Shown: positions 42,009 through 50,976 of the stretch, piece after piece | Layout: each line of letters opens with the position of its first letter | How positions within the stretch are numbered: the first letter of the stretch is position 1 | Source: a virus | Reading direction: 5' to 3' (one strand) | Virus record (IMG/VR): IMGVR_UViG_3300037424_001643 | Span: 1 to 64,000 of that record | DNA length: 64,000 bases | Position numbers and translations under genes: made by a program | The notes under the pieces: model-generated | Database searches by the model: none | What the model saw: the letters and a program-made list of their open reading frames with translations, nothing else | What the model was told of the DNA's origin: nothing

Positions 42009-43343
42009 TCAGGGATTGGCGTTTTCGAGTGCGAGCACTTTTGCCGCGAGGGCTTGAAGGGCAGTCAACATGATGCCGTTGGCATCAACGACATTGATTG
42101 CACGGTCGGTGCTTCCGAGCTTGAAGGCTTCGGAGAAATCTTGCGCCATCGGTCCAATGTGGAGTGCGCCATCGTTGTGGTCGCCTGCGGCTTCGGTGTA
42201 ATTCCACGAAGAGACCGGAAGTTCCATGACCTTGCGGAGAATCTTCTCGCGCGACTCTTCGTCGAGCGGCTTGATGTTCTCTTTGACGTTCTTGTCCGAG
42301 AGCATTCCCACCAAACCGAGAATGGAACCGATGCTCCCGCCCGAACCACCCCCGCCGCCACCCGTGAGGCCCCCGAGCATTCCGCCGCCGGAGCCGCCAC
42401 CGCCATCACCGCCCGCCGGGGCTCCGGTTGCCGGGTCAACAGTGCCGGGATTGTAAAGCAAACCGCCAACCGACGCAGCCTGCCCGATAATATTCGAGAC
42501 GAAGCGCGCTTGAGTCAATTTATTCTGAGCCGACAAATCCGCGCGCTGCTGCACGAGATTTCGCTGGCCTTCACGACCCGCGATGTCCATAGACGAAACT
42601 TCGCGACCCGTAAGACCGCCCTGCGGAAGACTGGCGTCGCCGAAGGCAAACGCTGCGGCAGACCGGGACCCGGCCTGCTGTTCCTGCGCCGCGACGGTGG
42701 GAAAAATGTTGCTGAGAATCTTGAACCGAGCATCGGTCAAACCCGAAGCCGTGTTCGCGAGATTCATCGCCTGATTCTGGCGCGCGTTCTTGAGAGCGAT
42801 GCCGCCGGAGCCGAGAATCTTTGAGACGTTGCCGCCAATGGTCCGTCGGCTGAGTCCGATGCCGGACGAGGCTCCGGCTTCGAGACCCGACCGAACTAGC
42901 TCGGCTTGAAATTCCGGGGGAAGTTCCGCTCCTTGGTCGAGTTCCGTGTTCGCCTCAGTTACGAGACGTTCGCGAAGCTTTTTCGCCTCAGGAGACTCAT
43001 TGATATTCTCCCGAAAAAGTTGATTCGCCGCCTGTGTGCTCTGGCGCGCGGAAGTCGGCGTCTTGAACTCGGCGACAAGCTGTTCCTTGCCTAGCTGACG
43101 AAGCTCCGCCAACTCGGGGTCGATTTCTTTCTGAAGCTCGACGCGCTTTAGGAGGTATTTTTTGTCATACTTGTTGACCATCGCGTTGATGCGCTCCGGG
43201 TTGTAGTCCTCCTTCAGCATCTTCTGCTGCTTGGCCAGACCCGCGCGCTGCGTGCGATAAGCGTCCTTCGCCGCGTCCTTCTCCATGAAGGCCGAAATAA
43301 TCTTGGGGCCAGAGCCCAACACACTGCCGACAGCGTCACCCAT
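42009..43343 (-). CDS. fibre or needle-like protein with poly-Gly linker and C-terminal S74 intramolecular chaperone (auto-cleaving) domain
   Basis: GGDGGGGSGGGMLGGLTGGGGGGSGGS is followed by LSDKNVKENIKPL...LHIGPMAQDF...LTALQALAAKVLALE. This matches the SD(K/R)xxKxxI...IAQE...AIQxL pattern of Peptidase_S74. Confidence 0.65.
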   Translation of the reverse strand: MGDAVGSVLGSGPKIISAFMEKDAAKDAYRTQRAGLAKQQKMLKEDYNPERINAMVNKYDKKYLLKRVELQKEIDPELAELRQLGKEQLVAEFKTPTSARQSTQAANQLFRENINESPEAKKLRERLVTEANTELDQGAELPPEFQAELVRSGLEAGASSGIGLSRRTIGGNVSKILGSGGIALKNARQNQAMNLANTASGLTDARFKILSNIFPTVAAQEQQAGSRSAAAFAFGDASLPQGGLTGREVSSMDIAGREGQRNLVQQRADLSAQNKLTQARFVSNIIGQAASVGGLLYNPGTVDPATGAPAGGDGGGGSGGGMLGGLTGGGGGGSGGSIGSILGLVGMLSDKNVKENIKPLDEESREKILRKVMELPVSSWNYTEAAGDHNDGALHIGPMAQDFSEAFKLGSTDRAINVVDANGIMLTALQALAAKVLALENANP

Positions 43344-43801
43344 TACGTTAATTCCTTCCGATAGACCATCTCGCGAAGGACGAATCCCTCGTTCTCAAAA
43401 AAAACTCGAAAACCATCCTCGTTCACCGTGAGTATGTGGCCCGCCAGCACCGCGGAAGCTTCCCGGCGCTTTGCTTCTTGCATCATGTGCCGGAACAATG
43501 ACGTGCCGACTCGATTCCCTCTAACCTCTTGACGGGCATACCAAAAATGCACGAGTGCCGTTAGCTCCCCGTTGAAGAGGCTGGGGGAAAAAATCGCTCC
43601 AATCAGTCCGACGACCCGTTCTTTAACTGTAGCGATAAAGATTTCGCCGTAGCCCGCGGAAAGCATTGGCCCCCAGAAGCTTGAGAAGGTGTCGAATGCA
43701 AATTCTCCGGGGTATCGAGCCTCGACGAAGAAATCCCGCGCAATCGGCTCGATTGCGGCGAGTTCATCCGGCTTTAGCTGGCGAATGTCGAAGTCCATCA
43801 A
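43343..43801 (-). CDS. GNAT-family N-acetyltransferase
   Basis: VRGNRVGTSLFRHMMQEAKRR is GNAT motif A (R/QxxGxG/A). The 152-aa size is typical of the family. Confidence 0.6.
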   Translation of the reverse strand: MMDFDIRQLKPDELAAIEPIARDFFVEARYPGEFAFDTFSSFWGPMLSAGYGEIFIATVKERVVGLIGAIFSPSLFNGELTALVHFWYARQEVRGNRVGTSLFRHMMQEAKRREASAVLAGHILTVNEDGFRVFFENEGFVLREMVYRKELT

Positions 43802-43829
43802 AGAATAAGACTCGTGTTCGTGTCAACCG

Positions 43830-44897
43830 TCAAGATTTTACAAGCGCCCAGAGCGCGAGAGTGGGCTGTTGGTTGTCGTGAGCCAGCGCCGCTCCGGTGT
43901 ATGCCGCCGCATTCGCGAGGCTCAACTGACGAGACGTCACGAACATTGTGCCCGCGCCTGTCGAGGGCAAACCCCCCGTTTTCGTTCCATTCCCGCCGCC
44001 GTCGCCGTTAATCTGTGCGTGGTTTGGGGGCGTGACCGCCGGAGTGGCAATTGTCTCCCCGTCGTCCACCCGATAGAAGTAGGCGTTGTTGTCCGAATTC
44101 AACAGCGTAAGCGCCCCGACCAAATGCGTATGCTGCTCGATTTGGGTCGAAGTCAGAATGACCGACTCAGAACCGAACGTATCGCCCGGAGCGCGCTGGG
44201 TAATGTTCGCATCCACGAGGTAGGACGCCGCCGGAGCGCCGCCGGGGTCCTTGGACGCCACGGCCAGCACCTTGCCGCGCCATGCCTGAGTGCCCTCCCC
44301 GAGGTATTCCCAGCCGGGATTCGCCGTCTTTGCCGCCGCCAACGTGGTCGTAGTGACAAACTTGACGTCGCCGGGAGTCCCGGAGACTGTGCGCCACGAA
44401 CCGCGCTCGAAATGAATCAAGCAGTTGATGTCCGTGTCGAAATACTGCTCAAGGTCTTGTGGGGTGGACGGACGTTCCGCCGTAGTGCCGCTGGGGGGCA
44501 CGTTTCCGCCGGGACGCCATGCGAGACCATTCCAAAAATAAAGACCGATGACCCGGTCGTTGTCGGTGCGAATCCAGATAGTTGCATCATCGTCACCGGG
44601 GGCGGCAGGTTCAGCCTCCGAAACCGTTAGGAGGCGCGGAAGCGAGTCCGTAATGTCCACGGGAACGTATTTCGCTTCGGTCGTGTCAAAGACATACCAC
44701 TTTGTCCCTTCACGCAACCAAGGTCCAAGGTTAACCTCCGGTTCAACATCCGACACCACGAAAAAATTCGTTCCGACGGGGGACAGAATTTGCAGACGTT
44801 CGACGAACGCTTGAAAAAGTGCCTGCAAGTTACCTCGAAAGTCCGACGGTAGCGGAGAGGCGACAAGGACTAGACCGGTTTTATTGAGCGCACCCAT
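43830..44897 (-). CDS. tail fibre protein
   Basis: The C-terminal FGSESVILTSTQIEQHTHLV resembles the LTxxQxPxHxH segment of tail-collar/MdpB-type fibres. The call is supported by structural-module context. Confidence 0.5.
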   Translation of the reverse strand: MGALNKTGLVLVASPLPSDFRGNLQALFQAFVERLQILSPVGTNFFVVSDVEPEVNLGPWLREGTKWYVFDTTEAKYVPVDITDSLPRLLTVSEAEPAAPGDDDATIWIRTDNDRVIGLYFWNGLAWRPGGNVPPSGTTAERPSTPQDLEQYFDTDINCLIHFERGSWRTVSGTPGDVKFVTTTTLAAAKTANPGWEYLGEGTQAWRGKVLAVASKDPGGAPAASYLVDANITQRAPGDTFGSESVILTSTQIEQHTHLVGALTLLNSDNNAYFYRVDDGETIATPAVTPPNHAQINGDGGGNGTKTGGLPSTGAGTMFVTSRQLSLANAAAYTGAALAHDNQQPTLALWALVKS

Positions 44898-44900
44898 AAA

Positions 44901-45311
44901 TTAAACTGTTCCTGACACGATGTTGGACGCAAGAGTCTCGCCATAGTTCGGCTCGATTCCCGTCGCCTTGTAGTAATACGTCCCCGGCACGTCCGGAGTG
45001 TCCACGTAGAAATTTTCGACCACCCCCGAAGTCAGGAGGAGGTAAGGGCCTCCTTCAACCGTGGCGCGGTAGATGACATAGGAGAATGCGTTCGCCACTA
45101 GCATCCATTCGAGCCGATTCTCGCCTGCATTAGGCTGAGTGAGCGCAAGCACCGGACCGACCTCTTGAAGCGTCGGCAGGATGTCGAGCAGCGACAGGTC
45201 GCCGGTCCCGGACGCGGAGAAAGGGACGTCGTTGTGACAAATCAACGGCGACACGTAGTTAATCGGAATAGCGCGACGGGTAATTCCCCTCAACGCGTCG
45301 AACTCATTCAT
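44901..45311 (-). CDS. structural protein with C-terminal FN3-like domain
   Basis: LEWMLVANAFSYVIYRATVEGGPYLLL...GTYYYKATG. Confidence 0.5.
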   Translation of the reverse strand: MNEFDALRGITRRAIPINYVSPLICHNDVPFSASGTGDLSLLDILPTLQEVGPVLALTQPNAGENRLEWMLVANAFSYVIYRATVEGGPYLLLTSGVVENFYVDTPDVPGTYYYKATGIEPNYGETLASNIVSGTV

Positions 45312-47271
45312 TGGCTAGTTCTCCTTGCGACACAATTAGGGGCAACTGTTCTTCGAGATTGTGACTCGCCAACCGCCGCGCAATACACGTCGCAATGTAA
45401 TCCGCGTTCGCCTGAGAGATGACACTCTCCGCCGAACCCGAAGCGACTTCCGTGATGCCCTCCTGTGTGACTGTCTCCACGCGCGTTGAATTGAACACCG
45501 GGTTATTTACACCAAAATCGACAATCGCTTCGGGAATTGTTTCCGCTTCCGCGGCCCCGCCGTCCGCGCGGACGTAGTTCCCTTCCGTTTCGTCTTTCTC
45601 GCACCGGCCCGATTCGTTTTCGTTGATGACTGGCGACGTGTAAGTCGTATATCCGCGAATCGCACCGGGACCCGAACCGACAATCAAAAGTTGAAACGCC
45701 TCGTCACGAAACTCCTCGTGCGGGTCTTCGACGTCGCACGACGACAGCGGTTCGTCTAGGTGACTCGCTTTCGCATCGACAGTGCGCAACGGACGAGACT
45801 GTTTCTTCGACGAAAAGAGAATGTCCTCGTAGTTGAACTCCACTTCCCCCACGAAAGGTCCGACGGACGCCTGAATCCGCTTGGTCATAATTTGCTTGTA
45901 GCGCCCGCGATAGGCCCCCGCATAGAAGACCGCAAAATCAACCTGACCTTCAAGCTCCGTGCTGAACACTTCGGCGAAGTGGAAATCCTTCAGGAAACCT
46001 GGAAGCCGTCCGTTCAGCGCGCGAGTTTCCATCCACCAAGTAATCGGGCAACCTTCGTCGAGCCGGTCAGGGGTGAACGCTTCCCAGAGACGATTTACAC
46101 CGTCCACGTCGGCAGAAACATACAGGCAACGATTACGACCGTTGACGTTTTCGGTCGCCCACTGCACCGGACGCGTGCCGGTCCAAAACGAATTCCACGC
46201 GGGCGATTCATTGCCGCCAACTTTCAACGGGGCTTGGTCAAGAACCCAAGTATGCGTGTTGTAGTTGCTCGAATGCGGAACGCTCACGAGGAGGTAATTC
46301 TCGAAGGCCGCACAGGCGACGCCGGACAAGTCTTCTGAGAGTCGCGCCTTGCTGTCGGTCATGGCGTCGTCCTGATAGGGCAGGGACGAGGTTACGTTCG
46401 TCTGCGCGGCAGAGTCCAAAGAGGTCAACCCATATTCGCTGAACCACCACAAATAACCGTGCTGGGCAATGACTGAGCGCTGCGAAACACAACCGACGTC
46501 GAAAATCTGTTTCTGAAAATCCACCGTCTGCGACCAGAGAGCGCGGGCACGAACCCCGGCTTGCACCATACTGGTCGTTTTGTTCGTGTAAACGAAAAGC
46601 TGGCCCGTCTGCACTGCCGGATTCGTGGCAAGCGCCGTGACCGTGTCCGGGAAGACCAACGAGCCCGCGCCGGACACATACAGAGACTCGACAAAGGCCA
46701 GCGGGTTTCCCAAGTCGGACGCATACACGCGCGAGTCGCGCGCGACCCAGAGCCGGTCGCCGACCCACGCCATCGGCCCGCCGACGGGAAGCTTGCCGAC
46801 TCCGCGCTGCGCCTCGAAAGTCGTGCCATCAAACGACACGCCTGCCGAGAAACCGCCGTCTTGGATAATCAGGAGATTCTTGGGATTCGACAGGAAAGAA
46901 ATGGACCCATCTTCATTCGACACGACGGCCTGTTCTACCTGTTGAAAGTAAATCTGACTGACAATCGACGACATGGAAATACCGTCAATGAGCCGCCAAC
47001 TGCCGTAGGGGAAATCACAAACATACAGCCGACCGGCGACAGCGACCACGACAATCGGAATGCCAATCTTCGGCTTGAAGACGTGGAACCCTTGAAGCAG
47101 TCCGTCTGGGAGAGCCGTCAAACACCGGTATCCGGGACGGCATTGAACGATGCCCCCGCGATTCACCACGTTCATTCCGCGCGCGTAGAAGCCGCCCGGC
47201 AACTGCACCGGGTCAATGCTGCTATTCTGTCCGAGGATGAACGAGAAATCGGATTCGGGAGTCTTGGGCAT
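45304..47271 (-). CDS. large beta-rich structural protein (possibly tail tubular or nozzle protein B-like)
   Basis: 655-aa ORF directly after a 312-aa gene, the order seen for podovirus tubular proteins. The call rests on size and position only. Confidence 0.45.
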   Translation of the reverse strand: MPKTPESDFSFILGQNSSIDPVQLPGGFYARGMNVVNRGGIVQCRPGYRCLTALPDGLLQGFHVFKPKIGIPIVVVAVAGRLYVCDFPYGSWRLIDGISMSSIVSQIYFQQVEQAVVSNEDGSISFLSNPKNLLIIQDGGFSAGVSFDGTTFEAQRGVGKLPVGGPMAWVGDRLWVARDSRVYASDLGNPLAFVESLYVSGAGSLVFPDTVTALATNPAVQTGQLFVYTNKTTSMVQAGVRARALWSQTVDFQKQIFDVGCVSQRSVIAQHGYLWWFSEYGLTSLDSAAQTNVTSSLPYQDDAMTDSKARLSEDLSGVACAAFENYLLVSVPHSSNYNTHTWVLDQAPLKVGGNESPAWNSFWTGTRPVQWATENVNGRNRCLYVSADVDGVNRLWEAFTPDRLDEGCPITWWMETRALNGRLPGFLKDFHFAEVFSTELEGQVDFAVFYAGAYRGRYKQIMTKRIQASVGPFVGEVEFNYEDILFSSKKQSRPLRTVDAKASHLDEPLSSCDVEDPHEEFRDEAFQLLIVGSGPGAIRGYTTYTSPVINENESGRCEKDETEGNYVRADGGAAEAETIPEAIVDFGVNNPVFNSTRVETVTQEGITEVASGSAESVISQANADYIATCIARRLASHNLEEQLPLIVSQGELANE

Positions 47272-47273
47272 AC

Positions 47274-48212
47274 TCAGTCAATGTCTTCGGAAACGATGCC
47301 GGTGCGATTCTCCACTTGAATCGGATTCGCTGTCGGACTCGTGACGCAATTCTCGCGTTCAGTCAACAGTCGAGTGGCCTGCGCCTCAAACTGCATCGCG
47401 GCCCCGAGGTCATACTCGCGGTATTTCTTGATGGCATGCATGGCGAGAATCAAAGCCGTCCGGGAATGCAAAAGAATCCGGTCGTTGACCGAAAGAATCT
47501 TCGTAGAGCGCTTCCGATACATGAGGCGAATCCAATCGCAACCGCGATTGATGCGAATGCGGCGATAACTGGGGACCGTTTCATCTGGCTCAAACACGCC
47601 GAGCAAAGTGCCGGTAAAAGTGGAATTGTCGAAGCTCGACAAACGGACGTTCCCGACTGTCTTATCTTTTACGATGGCCGTGATGCGACCCACCGTCTGC
47701 GCGGAGGAGTCCGGAAGAGCATAGCCGAAAATTGTGGGGACCCGGAGTCCGTCTTCCCAGACATCACCGACCTTGGTTCGGAGCGGGCGGTTCTGGTCAT
47801 CGAATCCGAACACGCGAAGGAGTTTTCCAGAGTCCTCTTCGCTGTCGAGAAAAGCAATCAACTTGGACGGACACCGCAAATCCCGGTAGGTCGGAAACGA
47901 GCCGGTGTTATACCACGAGAAGTTGCAGCTAGTGGTGAAGTCACCGGGGCCGTTCAGGTGGAACGAAAAAACTTCGTCGTGACCGAGCGCAGGGTGTCCG
48001 CCAATGTTCACGCCAAGCACGGTCTCACATTCCCGAGGCAGGCTAATGCACTCGCCATCAACACAGATGTCCACGTAGCCGACGTTAGCGTCAATTTCGC
48101 CTTTGTTCGACAGCAATTCAATCGCGTCGGTAATTAACGCGAACAGCCGCTTCTCATTGCAGACGCCGAAGATTTCTTCAGCGTCTTCATAGATGTCCTC
48201 GACGATAATCAT
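47274..48212 (-). CDS. structural protein (possibly adaptor or tubular protein A-like)
   Basis: 312-aa ORF. The call rests on position only. Confidence 0.45.
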   Translation of the reverse strand: MIIVEDIYEDAEEIFGVCNEKRLFALITDAIELLSNKGEIDANVGYVDICVDGECISLPRECETVLGVNIGGHPALGHDEVFSFHLNGPGDFTTSCNFSWYNTGSFPTYRDLRCPSKLIAFLDSEEDSGKLLRVFGFDDQNRPLRTKVGDVWEDGLRVPTIFGYALPDSSAQTVGRITAIVKDKTVGNVRLSSFDNSTFTGTLLGVFEPDETVPSYRRIRINRGCDWIRLMYRKRSTKILSVNDRILLHSRTALILAMHAIKKYREYDLGAAMQFEAQATRLLTERENCVTSPTANPIQVENRTGIVSEDID

Positions 48213-48544
48213 TCGTCGTCTTTCTCAACTTCGTCTTTGTAACGGTCCAACACTTTGCCCGAATCTTCCTCCGGCTCTTCGTCTGCCATCTTGTCGGCCT
48301 TGACCGACAAAATCTTGGTGACGTCGAGGGAAACGGACTGGCGTTCCTTGCCGTCTTTCTCCGTGGTGTTCGTCTCCCGAGTCCGGACGAAACGCACGGT
48401 CATCACGCCCGACGCGGGAATTTCATAGCTCTCGTCCCAATCCAGATACAGGCACGGGTAATACTTTTCGCCGGGGCTGGACGGATTATACGGGGTCATT
48501 TCGCCCATTTTCTTTCCGAGGTCGATAGGGAATTTGTCTGGCAT
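48209..48544 (-). CDS. hypothetical acidic structural-module protein
   Basis: 111-aa ORF with an acidic C-terminal tail. Confidence 0.6.
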   Translation of the reverse strand: MPDKFPIDLGKKMGEMTPYNPSSPGEKYYPCLYLDWDESYEIPASGVMTVRFVRTRETNTTEKDGKERQSVSLDVTKILSVKADKMADEEPEEDSGKVLDRYKDEVEKDDE

Positions 48545-48579
48545 AAAGAATAGGTCGGTTTTCAGGGGGCCGGGTCAAC

Positions 48580-49671
48580 TCAAAAAAGAGCGGTATAGAA
48601 TCGGATAGTGGCCACGTCCAAGGCTTTTGCAACGCCTCCACCGTCTCGGGTTCGGACGGACACGCCGGTCCCCAGAAGGTCGCCGAAGGAGGGTAGATGG
48701 GTAGTGGACGTGTAAACAAGCGTGCCGTTGATGTAGAACCGAACGGCGCTTGCCAGCCGGTCCCACTCCATCGACAGCGCCACAAAAACGGTGGTGCTCA
48801 GGGCAATGCCTGTGTCAACAACGGTCTGAGAGCCGTTGTCCCCGCAAACGATAGTCCAGTTCGCATCCCCGGCCTGCGTCGAGTATCTGAAACCAAAATA
48901 TCGGTGGGGGGAGACGGCGTTCGACGGATTGTCATTTGCCCGCAAGCCCGTCCCCGATAACGCAGCGCCGTTTGCCGCGGAGGCCCAAATGGAACACAGT
49001 GTCGTCTGCACTGGCATGACCAAAAAAGTAACCTTTGACCGGTAGGCTAAATTCAACAGAAGAGTGCTGTTGTTAAAAACTACCGCGGAATTGTCTAGCA
49101 CCGTCGTAGTGAGGCAGCGGTGACTCGGCAGAGTCGTTCCACTTGAGGGGACTTGAAAGGTCGCCCCCGAAGTTCCCCACACGTCGCCGTAGCTAAGGGT
49201 GCCGCCGGAATTAGAACTCCATTGTGCCGACTTGGTTCCCGTCCACCACGAACGGCTCCACGAGGTCACATAATCGACAGAGGAATCTTTGCGTAGAAAA
49301 TCCAGCCGTCCGCCACCGACCGGTAATCCGCTGCCTGCGGCTCCGGTTGCGCCGGTTGCGCCGGTTGCACCCGCTGCTCCGGTTGCGCCGGTTGCGCCGG
49401 TTGCGCCGGTTGCGCCGGTTGCACCCGCTGCTCCGGTTGCCCCCGCTGCTCCGGTTGCGCCGGTTGCGCCGGTTGCTCCTGCGGGACCCGCCGGACCCGA
49501 GGGGCCTTGGAATCCTTGAATGCCCGCGATTCCTTGCGACCCCACCGTGCCGACACGAGTCGAAAGAATTTTCTTGATTCGGAAGCTTCCGTCGGGTTGC
49601 TCGACGGACATGAAACAATATGCACGACTCGGCTGAGTCAATTGCTCGTTGTATTCAGTGACCTTTGCCAT
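48580..49671 (-). CDS. collagen-like repeat fibre protein (paralog A)
   Basis: The ATG is at 49671. The 40-aa N-terminus contains [13 protein letters not shown], followed by 25 G-X-Y triplets (mostly GAT/GAA) and a beta-rich C-terminal domain. Confidence 0.75.
   Translation of the reverse strand: MAKVTEYNEQLTQPSRAYCFMSVEQPDGSFRIKKILSTRVGTVGSQGIAGIQGFQGPSGPAGPAGATGATGATGAAGATGAAGATGATGATGATGATGAAGATGATGATGAAGSGLPVGGGRLDFLRKDSSVDYVTSWSRSWWTGTKSAQWSSNSGGTLSYGDVWGTSGATFQVPSSGTTLPSHRCLTTTVLDNSAVVFNNSTLLLNLAYRSKVTFLVMPVQTTLCSIWASAANGAALSGTGLRANDNPSNAVSPHRYFGFRYSTQAGDANWTIVCGDNGSQTVVDTGIALSTTVFVALSMEWDRLASAVRFYINGTLVYTSTTHLPSFGDLLGTGVSVRTRDGGGVAKALDVATIRFYTALF
49327..49551 (-). repeat. G-X-Y coding tandem repeat (9-bp GGTTGCGCC-type units on the plus strand)
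   Basis: Read directly from the sequence. It encodes aa 41-115 of paralog A. Confidence 0.8.
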
Positions 49672-49672
49672 A

Positions 49673-50746
49673 TCAGATGACAGCCTGTCGAATGGCCATC
49701 TCCGTAATATTGTAGGATTTCGCCGCCGCATTCAAGGTCGTGAGATACACGCCAAAAAAAGCGAGGGACGTAGTCGGTGGGATATTCGCCGACGAGATTG
49801 TCGCCACCAAAACGTTGTCAATGTAGAAATACACCGAACCGATTCCCAAATCCCATTCGATTGCAAACGCTTTGGAGGTCGTCCCAAAAGCGATTCCGGT
49901 GTCCACGAGGGTCTGCACGCCCGCATTTGCGCAAACGGCCTGCCAAGTCGTGTCTCCCGCGTTTGTCGAGAATCGGAACGCACAGTAACTCGTAGCGGCG
50001 GGGGCATCTGACCCGCCCATCGTCGCCCCGCTTCCGGTAGTTACTCCGGTCCAGCAGCGAACATTCGTGTTGCTGTTCCACTGAACGATTGAAAAAAACT
50101 GTGTCCGCGCATTAAACACGTAATACGCTGTCGCACTGTTAGAGACGTGAAATGCCACATTGTTCGCGACTGCACTCGTGTTCGCAATCAGGGATGGAAG
50201 CGTATCTGAGTCAGGAGTCGCATTCGACGAGGACGAAACTGTCCCGGTAAAATTGTCTCCGATGCCGAGCGCTGCCGCGCCCGTCCCATACGACGCGCGC
50301 GATTCTTTGAAATACATCCACTCGTCAGTTTTCCAATCGAAGTCGTAATCCGTGCCAGAGTTCTTTCGGAGCGCTTGTAGCCGGGTTCCACCCGTCGGAA
50401 CTCCTTGGCCCGCGGCTCCGGTTGCGCCGGTTGCGCCAGTAGCGCCGGTTGCGCCAGTAGCGCCGGTTGCGCCAGTAGCGCCTGCGGGACCCGCTGGACC
50501 TGTCGCGCCAGCCGGACCTGCGGGACCCCCTGCGCCCGCCGCGCCTGCGGGACCGGCTGGACCCGCCGCGCCCGCCGCGCCTGCGGGACCTTGCAAACCC
50601 TGCGGACCGGACGCCCCGTGCGCGCCGAGCACGTCCGGACGAATTTTCTTCGTGATGAAGCTCCCGTCGGGCTGTTCAACCGAGACGAACAAAAATCCGA
50701 CTGGTGATGGGTCTGTCTCTTCTGTGTAATCGCTAATGAAGGGCAT
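49673..50746 (-). CDS. collagen-like repeat fibre protein (paralog B)
   Basis: Same layout as paralog A: a 40-aa N-terminus with [13 protein letters not shown], 25 G-X-Y triplets, and a related C-terminal domain ([30 protein letters not shown] versus [30 protein letters not shown]). Confidence 0.75.
   Translation of the reverse strand: MPFISDYTEETDPSPVGFLFVSVEQPDGSFITKKIRPDVLGAHGASGPQGLQGPAGAAGAAGPAGPAGAAGAGGPAGPAGATGPAGPAGATGATGATGATGATGATGATGAAGQGVPTGGTRLQALRKNSGTDYDFDWKTDEWMYFKESRASYGTGAAALGIGDNFTGTVSSSSNATPDSDTLPSLIANTSAVANNVAFHVSNSATAYYVFNARTQFFSIVQWNSNTNVRCWTGVTTGSGATMGGSDAPAATSYCAFRFSTNAGDTTWQAVCANAGVQTLVDTGIAFGTTSKAFAIEWDLGIGSVYFYIDNVLVATISSANIPPTTSLAFFGVYLTTLNAAAKSYNITEMAIRQAVI
50402..50626 (-). 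repeat. G-X-Y coding tandem repeat
   Basis: It encodes aa 41-115 of paralog B. Confidence 0.8.
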
Positions 50747-50751
50747 AAATC

Positions 50752-50976
50752 TCAGCGTAAATTATCGAAAATGAACCCCCCGGTGAGGTCATCGAGAATC
50801 GCAAACCCGTCTTCATCTTGAAGCACGTCCTGCGACTGATTGTTCCGGACTGGCGCGGGCAACGTCCGACAAAAAAGATGCAACTCTTTCGTCTGCCCGC
50901 CGCTCGGACAACGACCCGAAGTCGGACACCCCGAAAGGTCTCCGTTCACGTCGCGAATAATGGGCAATTGGTGCAT
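50752..50976 (-). CDS. hypothetical protein (74 aa)
   Basis: The ATG at 50976..50974 overlaps the TAA of the upstream fibre gene by 1 nt. The track's longer 51204 start overlaps that gene. Confidence 0.45.
   Translation of the reverse strand: MHQLPIIRDVNGDLSGCPTSGRCPSGGQTKELHLFCRTLPAPVRNNQSQDVLQDEDGFAILDDLTGGFIFDNLR

Noticed and set aside
49327-50626. Regular short repeats that could be mistaken for a CRISPR array or VNTR locus
   Set aside because: The units are 9 bp with no spacers, and they translate in frame to G-X-Y collagen-like triplets within two long ORFs.
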